Below are positions 50,376 through 58,247 of a DNA stretch of 58,780 bases, piece after piece. The translations under genes and the position numbers were made by a program. Position 1 is the stretch's first letter; each line of letters begins with the position of its first letter. The DNA lies in IMG/VR virus record IMGVR_UViG_3300045988_043483; one strand, given 5' to 3'. The notes beneath the pieces are model-generated. The model saw only the letters and a list, made by a program, of their open reading frames with translations. It was not told the DNA's origin and searched no databases. The stretch is from a virus.

Positions 50376-50745
50376 ATTCTACCTCACTTTCCCGGTACGT
50401 CTCCGGCAGTGGAATCCAAGCAGTAACCTCACATTTTTGCCAACCATTCGTGAAAAACTTCCCATTCCAAAACGCTCTGAATGGGTAGGGATCGCCTTTA
50501 ATTGATACAAGATATAACTCCAATGGCTTGTTATCAAATATTTCATTTTATTCCGGCTCTTCCGGCAGTCTCTCGCTCACCGGAATCCACACCGGCTGAT
50601 TTTGCAAGGCGGTGATCGCTAGCTGTAATGCTTCCTCACAGCAATGATCTACTCCAGTTTGTCCGTACATAGGACATTCTTCACAAACCTCTGAGTACCG
50701 TTCACTCTGAGCCTTTAAGCAGTAAATAGCTTCTTCTCTCTTCAT
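50365..50745 (-). pseudogene. DUF551-like gene interrupted by one in-frame TAA (50548-50550)
   Basis: The upstream part ends ...QPVWIPVSERLPEEPE*. The same frame continues NEIFDNKPLELYLVSIKGDPYPFRAFWNGKFFTNGWQKCEVTAWIPLPETY..., which together give the DUF551 pattern W-I-x-V-x-x-x-LPE ... VT-x-W-x-PLPE. Confidence 0.6.
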
Positions 50746-51173
50746 TCCGCACCTTCCATTTCTGCCAGCTTGCTTTCGGCTTCCTCATGAGTAAAGAATA
50801 CCGATTTATTAATTTCGCAAATGCTGCAATGTTTAGCTACGCTTTCACGTATGTAGTACGCTTTATCACTACAATTCTCGCAAAATCCTCTAAAACACAT
50901 TCCAGACCGATTACTTTTGTTTTTTCCACAACAATACTCAATAGAATACACTGGTGTATCTTCACTGATTGGCAACCGCAGTAGCAATCCCTGCTCCTCG
51001 GCATCCTCATAGGCTGCCAGCTTCTCTATTGCGCAATATCCTCCATCGCAATTTGTATATTTATCATTCGGCTTTTCTTCAAAGCACTGATAAAATGTTC
51101 TTAATCCATTTTCACCGTGATTCTCCTTTACCAAAATTCCATCAGCAGTTCTTTCTGTCAGTCTCTCCATCAT
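50742..51173 (-). CDS. Hypothetical Cys-rich phage protein (143 aa)
   Basis: MMERLTERTADGILV...AIEKLAAYEDAEEQG. Confidence 0.55.
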   Translation of the reverse strand: MMERLTERTADGILVKENHGENGLRTFYQCFEEKPNDKYTNCDGGYCAIEKLAAYEDAEEQGLLLRLPISEDTPVYSIEYCCGKNKSNRSGMCFRGFCENCSDKAYYIRESVAKHCSICEINKSVFFTHEEAESKLAEMEGAE

Positions 51174-51351
51174 TGATCCTTTCCCATTCCTTCATGACTT
51201 CTCTTTCTCTTTTCCATTTGTCGATCCTGTACTTGATGTTATCTTTCACAATGTTTACCAATATAATCATTCCAAAGATTATCCATACAAAAACCAACAA
51301 TGCGATCAATACCACTCCAACCATATCTGATAAAGTCACGATAAACTTCAT
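51142..51351 (-). CDS. Small membrane protein (69 aa)
   Basis: TM segment VGVVLIALLVFVWIIFGMIILV. Confidence 0.5.
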   Translation of the reverse strand: MKFIVTLSDMVGVVLIALLVFVWIIFGMIILVNIVKDNIKYRIDKWKREREVMKEWERINDGETDRKNC

Positions 51352-51369
51352 CTTGCATCCACTCCTTTC

Positions 51370-51558
51370 TCACACTCTTAAAAACTGCTTCGGTATCGGC
51401 ACTCCGTTTCGGTCATAAAAAGTAAAATCTCTGTACTGGTAATGCCGGTTACTCCCCACCAACCGGAAAAATGTCGGTCGGCTTTCTGAGACTTCCAACA
51501 GTCCATCCCCAATATTCGGGTAGCTGTCATTGTCATTCTTCACGGCATATATCTTCAT
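51370..51558 (-). CDS. Hypothetical protein (62 aa)
   Basis: Internal ATG (MKIYAVKNDNDSYPNIG...). Alternative to the longer track ORF. Confidence 0.4.
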   Translation of the reverse strand: MKIYAVKNDNDSYPNIGDGLLEVSESRPTFFRLVGSNRHYQYRDFTFYDRNGVPIPKQFLRV

Positions 51559-51718
51559 GGTTCTCACTTCTTCCTGCATGTATCTTTGGTTTCTCCGACA
51601 TTGCCGGATAGCTGCACTCATACGGCTTCGTGCGTCCGATTCTAATAGCATCAGCAACCGGATGTGTAGCCATGTAGAGTAAGTCACCGTTCTGAAAGTT
51701 TCCTGTTCCCTCTCTCAT
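51533..51718 (-). CDS. Hypothetical protein (61 aa)
   Basis: ATG 51718, 4 nt after the upstream stop. Confidence 0.4.
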   Translation of the reverse strand: MREGTGNFQNGDLLYMATHPVADAIRIGRTKPYECSYPAMSEKPKIHAGRSENHEDICREE

Positions 51719-51722
51719 ACAG

Positions 51723-52016
51723 CTACACTCCTTTTCCGTATGTACTTGCAATTCTGTATACATTGCAAATTTCTCTGTAATATTTTTCCTGTGCATGGAT
51801 ATTAGCATCCACACGGTCAAGTTCCGTCTCACACCACTTTGCAAATTCTTCTGTTGACATTTCTGTTCCTAAATCCTCAAAATGTTCTCTGTTGTCAATG
51901 ATAAAACACACCATGTCAACCGGGATGTGGTTCAAATCCGCAAGAATCTGAATCTGCTTGTCCTTGTCCTCTGCTTTTTCATAATTCGACAGCAATTCAT
52001 AACCTGTCATCTGCAT
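51723..52016 (-). CDS. Hypothetical protein (97 aa)
   Basis: Operon-oriented ORF. Confidence 0.5.
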   Translation of the reverse strand: MQMTGYELLSNYEKAEDKDKQIQILADLNHIPVDMVCFIIDNREHFEDLGTEMSTEEFAKWCETELDRVDANIHAQEKYYREICNVYRIASTYGKGV

Positions 52017-52021
52017 TTATA

Positions 52022-52444
52022 TCACCTCTTATCAAGTTTGATTTCTTTGTCGTAACAACTCTTTTTCGGATTTCCCTCTACTGGGGAAACCATCTTTTTA
52101 GGGTCTGTAGTGTATGATCCGTTTAGTTTCACACCTATTTTGCTTTTTTCGTCCATATAGCATGACGGCTTGTAACGATCCGGTGGAATGTAGTTGTGAA
52201 TGCGCCAGTGTTTTACAAGCATAACACCACTATCGAAAGATAAAAGGAATCTATTGTCTATCAAGGATTTCAAATCATCTTCTGAAGCACCGCACATCCT
52301 TATGATTTTCCGTGGGTTGTTTACAAATCCGTCATCATCAGCGTTCATACAGATATGGAAATAAAGCATTTGAGCCGTAGCAGGAATATCCAAAAAAGCA
52401 TCACTCTCAATTATTTTTGCGCTGAACATTCGTTTTTCTGCCAT
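52022..52444 (-). CDS. Replisome organizer N-terminal domain protein
   Basis: MFSAKIIESDAFLDIPATAQMLYFHICMNADDDGFVNNPRKI follows the Phage_rep_org_N pattern. Confidence 0.7.
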   Translation of the reverse strand: MAEKRMFSAKIIESDAFLDIPATAQMLYFHICMNADDDGFVNNPRKIIRMCGASEDDLKSLIDNRFLLSFDSGVMLVKHWRIHNYIPPDRYKPSCYMDEKSKIGVKLNGSYTTDPKKMVSPVEGNPKKSCYDKEIKLDKR

Positions 52445-52454
52445 TTAGAACTCC

Positions 52455-53018
52455 TTACTCAAAAATAGGCTTCTCAATATAGATACCGGTGTTTTCCACC
52501 AGTTCTCTCCACAAGTCCATGAAATCTTTTCCGTTGCACTTGTCTCCGGCTTTGTCCATGTGGTCAGAAAACTTATCCTTGAAATTCGTCAGCTTCTTCT
52601 TACCGAATCCATCTTCCATAAGGATTACCATTCCATATAGGATGTACCTTGTGGACAACTCATTGATAAGATTGTTACATCTGACCTGTTCCTGGATGCA
52701 TTTCTGCGCTACAACCGACTTGTAATGTGGATAATCAGCTTCGGTAAATTCCTTGTACTCAATCGTCCAGTCTGCAAAATCGTTAAGCCTGCTCTGTAAC
52801 TCCGTATAAGGCTCATTCTCGTACTTTTCATTGTATTCGGTGAATTTACCGCAAAAGTCGGAAAGTCTCGTCTGTGAGTACTTATAGTCTTTCCACAAGG
52901 TATAGCAGAACAGTGTCAGTATTCCGGTGAATGGACTTCTATTCGCAGACTGCTTCAAAAGTTCTGTCTGCCGCATGATTTTCAAAATTTCCTGCGGATT
53001 GTCATATCGTTTTGGCAT
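52455..53018 (-). CDS. Hypothetical protein
   Basis: ORF with the start probably at ATG 53018. Confidence 0.5.
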   Translation of the reverse strand: MPKRYDNPQEILKIMRQTELLKQSANRSPFTGILTLFCYTLWKDYKYSQTRLSDFCGKFTEYNEKYENEPYTELQSRLNDFADWTIEYKEFTEADYPHYKSVVAQKCIQEQVRCNNLINELSTRYILYGMVILMEDGFGKKKLTNFKDKFSDHMDKAGDKCNGKDFMDLWRELVENTGIYIEKPIFE

Positions 53019-53054
53019 TTTATGTATCACCTCCAAGTTCTGTGATTTTCAAGG

Positions 53055-53330
53055 TTATTGTTCAACCTCTTTCAGTTTTTCGATGTTAAACTTGTAATAC
53101 CACAACCCCATCTGCTTTCCACTCTCGGTTTTATATAACCCAGTTTCTTTTACAAGGTAAATAGCACCTGTTTTTTTCCACTTATCAGCTTTAGTTTTCC
53201 CAATGACTGGAACATAATTGTTCCAGCCTTTAACTATCCTTTGACTAATAAGTTGCCATATTGCACCGTTAAAAAGAACAACATCGTCTTCTGTTATGTC
53301 AAAATGATTTCTTCCTATTTTTACTATCAT
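53055..53330 (-). CDS. Hypothetical protein (91 aa)
   Basis: Operon-oriented ORF. Confidence 0.5.
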   Translation of the reverse strand: MIVKIGRNHFDITEDDVVLFNGAIWQLISQRIVKGWNNYVPVIGKTKADKWKKTGAIYLVKETGLYKTESGKQMGLWYYKFNIEKLKEVEQ

Positions 53331-53521
53331 TCAATAACCTCCAGTTCTTTCAGAACACAGTCACCACACAGTTCCTTTCCGTCAAATTCATAAAGTCTTT
53401 CCACATCATCACCGCATTTATCGCAGTACAGATGCTTCACATTTATGTTCGGGCACCTATTGCCGAGACATGGATAAGCTTCAGTTGCACATCCGCAGCA
53501 TTCACCTTCGTATTTCACCAT
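53327..53521 (-). CDS. Cys-rich zinc-ribbon protein (64 aa)
   Basis: CCGC...C...C...CDKCG...CGDC. Confidence 0.5.
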   Translation of the reverse strand: MVKYEGECCGCATEAYPCLGNRCPNINVKHLYCDKCGDDVERLYEFDGKELCGDCVLKELEVIE

Positions 53522-53712
53522 TTTCTGAAAAACTCCTTTAATTTATTGCATACTTGCTGAAATCTATACTTAAACAAATACTTTTTAAAAGATTCAGTTC
53601 CGTATTGATAGCAAAGATACATAATTTGTTTTTGAGTAGAAAGAGATTCATAAAACTCCTTGTCAGTTTCTTCAACGTATTGTAAAAGTACTTCATAGTC
53701 TGTTTTATTCAT
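53515..53712 (-). CDS. Hypothetical protein
   Basis: Start at ATG 53712 (MNKTDYEVLL). Confidence 0.45.
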   Translation of the reverse strand: MNKTDYEVLLQYVEETDKEFYESLSTQKQIMYLCYQYGTESFKKYLFKYRFQQVCNKLKEFFRKW

Positions 53713-54316
53713 TACTTTCACCGTCCTTTTCTCCATGCAAAAGTTCCATAAACCGAACAAATTGTCTTTGTGACACGGAATTGTTCTGCTTCTCAGGCTT
53801 CAAACTGATGACCAGATGCTTGTCGGCAATGTTCGCAAGTTCCCTAGCAAGGTTGATTTTGCCTTGTGCCAGTCCATCACGGTAACCTTTTCCCGGTCGG
53901 TACTCTGCGATCTGCTTCTTGCCATCACCTTGACCACCTGCTGTCTTGTTGCGAAGCTGGTAACCCTCGTCTGCATAACGTTTAATCCAGTACTGCTCCC
54001 ACTTGTCCAGTTCTTCTACCGGATAATGTAAGAATCCAATTTTCCAACCGTGTATGTTCTCCGCAGAATACAATCCGTGACTTTTAAGAGACAAATCAAT
54101 GTGTTGGTATCCGTTAAGATGCCCTGCCAGTCTTTGGAGTAGGTGTACTGCCTGTCCCACATACGCAAACCGAAAACCATCCTCGTCTGTTCTTGTCAGA
54201 AAGTAAATTCCACTTCCATCGTCCACATGTGGATTGACTGCCAGTATTCTTTCACGATTCTTTCTCTCTATGGATTTTGCTTTTGCTATATTCTTCCAAT
54301 CAGCCAACCGAATCAC
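53705..54316 (-). CDS. GIY-YIG nuclease-domain protein
   Basis: GIYFLTRTDEDGFRFAYVGQA...RLAGH...EQYWIKRYADEGYQLRN. Confidence 0.7.
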   Translation of the reverse strand: MIRLADWKNIAKAKSIERKNRERILAVNPHVDDGSGIYFLTRTDEDGFRFAYVGQAVHLLQRLAGHLNGYQHIDLSLKSHGLYSAENIHGWKIGFLHYPVEELDKWEQYWIKRYADEGYQLRNKTAGGQGDGKKQIAEYRPGKGYRDGLAQGKINLARELANIADKHLVISLKPEKQNNSVSQRQFVRFMELLHGEKDGESNE

Positions 54317-54546
54317 CGCCTTTCAAATGGAATCAAATATCCGTCCGGCAAGGCATTTATAATATTTCTCAATGCCCCATATCCTGTTTTTTGCATATTG
54401 ACTAAAGCATTGCTTTGACAGGTATTCAGTTCGGATATGTTAGAATCAATGCTCTGCATTATTTCACTTCTTAATTGCGGTGTAAGTGGTCTATAAAATG
54501 TGTCAGCCATTCGCACCACCATTTCTGTACTTTTCCAGTTCTGCAA
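54313..54546 (-). CDS. Hypothetical protein (77 aa)
   Basis: Operon-oriented ORF. Confidence 0.5.
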   Translation of the reverse strand: MQNWKSTEMVVRMADTFYRPLTPQLRSEIMQSIDSNISELNTCQSNALVNMQKTGYGALRNIINALPDGYLIPFERR

Positions 54547-54838
54547 TCATGGTCTCTCTGCCAATATCTGCGCTCTCATACCACTCTACCGCATGAAAAA
54601 CACCGTTAAGATTCTCGCTCAAAACCTCAATTCTGATACTTGCCGACCGGATATACTCAATCAACCGCTGTGTATCTCGTGCTATGTCCTCGTAACCGTA
54701 CAACTGTAAGTGTTGCACCATAATTTCAAGGTTGGAGATACTTGACGGCTCCATTAGCTCATTGACATCCTTGTAGCACAAATAACCAAAACTTCCACCA
54801 CTCAAAACGGACACTCCTTTCCATTCTGTAAAATCCAT
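54503..54838 (-). CDS. Hypothetical protein (111 aa)
   Basis: Operon-oriented ORF. The start is uncertain. Confidence 0.5.
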   Translation of the reverse strand: MDFTEWKGVSVLSGGSFGYLCYKDVNELMEPSSISNLEIMVQHLQLYGYEDIARDTQRLIEYIRSASIRIEVLSENLNGVFHAVEWYESADIGRETMIAELEKYRNGGANG

Positions 54839-55533
54839 TCCTTGCCTGCTGCCGCATAGTCTACATTCGCCAATGGATCAATCTTTTTTACCTCTGTGAC
54901 ACATTCTTTGGCATCAGAATTATCACGGCTTAAATGGCACAATATGACGTTCTGCAGGGCATCTGATTTGTTCGCAATGACAAATTCTTTTACCGTTTCC
55001 AGTTCCATATGACCACGGTACACATGGGATTTCTTAGCATCGTTGGAATCCTCTGTAATGTACTTCTTCTGATAGTTGCATGAAATAAGGATGTGGTTTA
55101 CTTCATGAAACCGCCACTTAACAAATTCCGTGTCAGTTACATAAAGCAATTTTCCCATTTCCGGGTGAGTAATCAGGAATCCATAGCAAGGGCATTCTGA
55201 ACCATCAGCGTTGGTATGTGTCCACTTACCATCCAGTGTAGTAAGATCAAATGCCATTATTTTTCCACCAGTAAAGCATATTTCCATAGGTTCTAAACTC
55301 TCATATGGTTTAAATACTGGTATTCCCATGTGTTCAAGGTCTGATACGGATAATGAGTGGTCTTTGTGCGCATGGGTGCATATCGCACCCACAACACACT
55401 TAATATTCCAGTTAAGACCACGTTTTATGTCCATGATAGGAAGTCCTGCATCCAGTAAAATCGTTTCACCGTTATCTGCCGTCAGAAGATAGCAATTGCC
55501 GGAAGAACCGGAACCTAAACATTTTAGCTTCAT
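54802..55533 (-). CDS. MBL-fold metallo-hydrolase (candidate recombination nuclease)
   Basis: LGSGSSGNCYLL...LLDAG...THAHKDH motif series. Confidence 0.75.
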   Translation of the reverse strand: MKLKCLGSGSSGNCYLLTADNGETILLDAGLPIMDIKRGLNWNIKCVVGAICTHAHKDHSLSVSDLEHMGIPVFKPYESLEPMEICFTGGKIMAFDLTTLDGKWTHTNADGSECPCYGFLITHPEMGKLLYVTDTEFVKWRFHEVNHILISCNYQKKYITEDSNDAKKSHVYRGHMELETVKEFVIANKSDALQNVILCHLSRDNSDAKECVTEVKKIDPLANVDYAAAGKEWILQNGKECPF

Positions 55534-55913
55534 GTTTCTACCTCAATTTCGTCATCTTTTGGAAACTGAAATATGCAGTTATTTACATATTCAACTTTTG
55601 ATGGCTCATTGTTCATGGTTTGAACTATAATTCCACTATTTTTCAATTTTTCAAACTGTTTTACCACATCTTCTGTAATTTCAACATTTTGAAAAAGAAT
55701 CGGCATACTAACGTATGCTTTTCTAAGCATTTCCATAACTTTCTGTACTTTTTCTTTGGAACTGTATTCAGCCATTTTTGTTCCCATTGCTGTCGAAGAG
55801 TTGTGGCAATAAATAGCCGCATACTCAACATCTTCATATTTTCCGACTGCCATGCTCAAAGAACTGATTTCATAAGGTACATCAATGATTCCATCCTGCG
55901 ATATAATTCTCAT
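55530..55913 (-). CDS. Hypothetical protein (127 aa)
   Basis: Operon-oriented ORF. Confidence 0.5.
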   Translation of the reverse strand: MRIISQDGIIDVPYEISSLSMAVGKYEDVEYAAIYCHNSSTAMGTKMAEYSSKEKVQKVMEMLRKAYVSMPILFQNVEITEDVVKQFEKLKNSGIIVQTMNNEPSKVEYVNNCIFQFPKDDEIEVET

Positions 55914-55922
55914 GGCAACCTC

Positions 55923-56324
55923 CTACTTAATCTCAATCTCCGGAACCAGCCGATCCGGATAAAAGACTAATTCATAATGGTATTTGTCCGTAGATTTCGG
56001 TTCTACCTGTTCCATCACATAGCAAGTCCAGTCATTCAAGTAAATGTAGTCCTTATAATACTGGTTTTCCCCAGTTTTAAAGGTAACGACAAGTTCATTA
56101 GCAGAGTTATTGCTAAGAGCCATATACCCCTCTGCCTGCAACATAATCATGTCTGTTCGTGCATTAGTCACCGTGATTCTTCGGTACACATTGAACTCGT
56201 CAGCTTCTTTATTGAGATTGTAATTCACGGTATCTGCTGTACTACAACCGCATACACAAAGTGCCATTACAAACATCATTACTAATACCAAAAAAGTTTT
56301 GTATAATTTCTTCATATATTTCAT
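55923..56324 (-). CDS. Putative lipoprotein
   Basis: Signal peptide MKKLYKTFLVLVMMFVMALCVCGC with a lipobox-like L-C-V-C-G-C. Confidence 0.6.
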   Translation of the reverse strand: MKYMKKLYKTFLVLVMMFVMALCVCGCSTADTVNYNLNKEADEFNVYRRITVTNARTDMIMLQAEGYMALSNNSANELVVTFKTGENQYYKDYIYLNDWTCYVMEQVEPKSTDKYHYELVFYPDRLVPEIEIK

Positions 56325-56329
56325 CCTCC

Positions 56330-57079
56330 CTACTTAAAGCAATCCGGTGTCTCTGCGCTGGCAATGTCCGTCTCTGCGGTCTGCGGTACTTCCTCAAATG
56401 TTGCGTCAGGAAACTCGATAGTGTTTGCATTTGCCTGTACCTCTTCTGCCACAACTTTTTCCACATCAAGTTTCACATCGGAAACATCAGGAAATTCTTC
56501 CTGTGCATACAAACCTTGGAATTTATCCGGAAAAGCTTCTCTTAAGGCCTGTACAACAGCAACTTTTCTTATCATTGTTGCAGGCTTTTTAGACCATTGA
56601 CCGTTGATTGTTCCATCTTTTTTTCTTCCAACATATTCATCGAAAGATACTGACTGGTACTCCGGTGTCTCTCTTCCTTTTATAAATACTTTCGCCCAAC
56701 CTCCTACAATAGATTCGTCCTTAAGGACAAAAGATCCTTCTCTTTCTTCAACGGAACCATCTTTCTTCTGAACAATAATTCCTGCTTTTTTTCCTGCATA
56801 ATTCGGATTTGCATCGGCTCTTTTTGTAAAAACATCTTTTCCGGTAACAATCGTAGCAGGATCATTGTTTCCAAACTTAATGAGGTATGCTTCTTTCAAA
56901 AAAGGATTAAGATGCTGATATCTGCAAAGAGACATAAACATCATTACTTCCTGATCCGATACGTTTCCACCACCGCTTACAAGGTACTTTCTTACCGTTG
57001 TTGGGGAAATTTTTACAATTTCCCCATTTGATTCGTATTCCACAATTCCTGTGTTTTCCTGCTTCTTTTCGTCTGCCAT
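56330..57079 (-). CDS. recT: RecT/Bet-family single-strand annealing protein
   Basis: KYLVSGGGNVSDQEVMMFMSLCRYQHLNPFLKEAYLIKFG...WSKKPATMIRKVAVVQALREAFP. Confidence 0.8.
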   Translation of the reverse strand: MADEKKQENTGIVEYESNGEIVKISPTTVRKYLVSGGGNVSDQEVMMFMSLCRYQHLNPFLKEAYLIKFGNNDPATIVTGKDVFTKRADANPNYAGKKAGIIVQKKDGSVEEREGSFVLKDESIVGGWAKVFIKGRETPEYQSVSFDEYVGRKKDGTINGQWSKKPATMIRKVAVVQALREAFPDKFQGLYAQEEFPDVSDVKLDVEKVVAEEVQANANTIEFPDATFEEVPQTAETDIASAETPDCFK

Positions 57080-57087
57080 GTTTCTAC

Positions 57088-57963
57088 CTACCTTTCTACC
57101 TTTTTGATGCCGTCAATTTTGATGATGAATACCTGGCTTGTCTTTGGATTCTGAATAAGCGCAAGGTCTGGCAGATGAATATACGGATTGTCATGCTTCG
57201 CAATGTTCAAAACCTTTGCAACCATCCCATCTTCAACAGAAACTCCCTTAACAAAATTTTGCCTATAATTTCCAAGTCCACTCCATGTATCGTATGTTGA
57301 ATAGCAATGACCTCTATGTGTTACCTCTACCATGTCACCGACATGGATTTCGCTGTCATCCTCTTTCTGCGCTTTCTCTTCCGGCTTGTAGTTTTCGAGG
57401 ACAACGTACTCTCTGTGCCATAAACCAACATTTTCCTCAGATTTTTTGCAAATACATCCTAATGCCGTAACGCAATTTACTTTGAAAATATCTCCGTTTT
57501 TATAAGGAATCAAACAAGGCATCGCATAAACAATCTTGACGTACTCACCAACTTTAGCCTTTCTTTTCACCTCACGGACACCATCATCAGGCTTTACATA
57601 TTCTCCCATCAGTCTATTAAAAGCCAACTTAGCACCAGTACGGAAATCAAATTCATCAGCCGGATTGCACTTGGCTTCTGCTTTCTTCCCTGTGGACTTG
57701 TCCAGCGCAACTACTTTGTTGTCATTGCGGTAGATGACAATGGTTTCCTGTTTTGCTTTTCTTACCAAATCAAAACATTCTTCTTCAACCGAAAATACTT
57801 CCCCAACACTGCGTGACCCTTTTATGATTTTTATATACATCGTATAGTCTCTTAATTCTGTAACAATGGCTTCTCTTACATAAGATGTATTAGTTATGGT
57901 ATAATTTTCATCTGCTTTTTTGTTTGGTTTAACCACATCTCCAACATAGAATTTATGTTTCAT
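57088..57963 (-). CDS. Hypothetical protein with three V-G-D-x-V-led SH3-like segments
   Basis: FYVGDVVK, KVGEYVK and HVGDMVE segments, plus a central KCNPADEFDFRTGAKLAFNRL motif. Confidence 0.55.
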   Translation of the reverse strand: MKHKFYVGDVVKPNKKADENYTITNTSYVREAIVTELRDYTMYIKIIKGSRSVGEVFSVEEECFDLVRKAKQETIVIYRNDNKVVALDKSTGKKAEAKCNPADEFDFRTGAKLAFNRLMGEYVKPDDGVREVKRKAKVGEYVKIVYAMPCLIPYKNGDIFKVNCVTALGCICKKSEENVGLWHREYVVLENYKPEEKAQKEDDSEIHVGDMVEVTHRGHCYSTYDTWSGLGNYRQNFVKGVSVEDGMVAKVLNIAKHDNPYIHLPDLALIQNPKTSQVFIIKIDGIKKVER

Positions 57964-57965
57964 AC

Positions 57966-58247
57966 TTATTCCTCACTTTCCGGCTCGTTCATAAACTTGC
58001 CAAATTCATCATTTTTTACTTTGACATCAGCCTTGTAAATCTCCTTAATACTTTTAGGCATCACGTTCCATGTGACATCAGTGCCGGAAATCTTGCCTTT
58101 AAATTTCAAGGTTCCACGGTCTGTCAGACCCATGTAAACCCCCGTGTAGCATTTGCCCTCTGCGTTAAAAACCACGGTGTCACCGGCATTGATTGTTTCT
58201 CCGCTTGTTGTCAGAACAGAAATGACTGTCTCTTTCTTGATCTGCAT
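57966..58247 (-). CDS. Hypothetical protein
   Basis: Start at ATG 58247 (GGAGG 6 nt upstream); MQIKKETVISVL... Confidence 0.5.
   Translation of the reverse strand: MQIKKETVISVLTTSGETINAGDTVVFNAEGKCYTGVYMGLTDRGTLKFKGKISGTDVTWNVMPKSIKEIYKADVKVKNDEFGKFMNEPESEE

Noticed and set aside
50548-50550. Stop-codon reassignment or a suppressor tRNA as the explanation for the in-frame TAA
   Set aside because: None of the anticodons I could read (CAU, CCA, UGA, GCU, UCU, UUC, UUG) pairs with a stop codon. TAA also terminates many well-delimited genes in this genome, for example the RHH gene at 37977-37979 and the tail chaperone.
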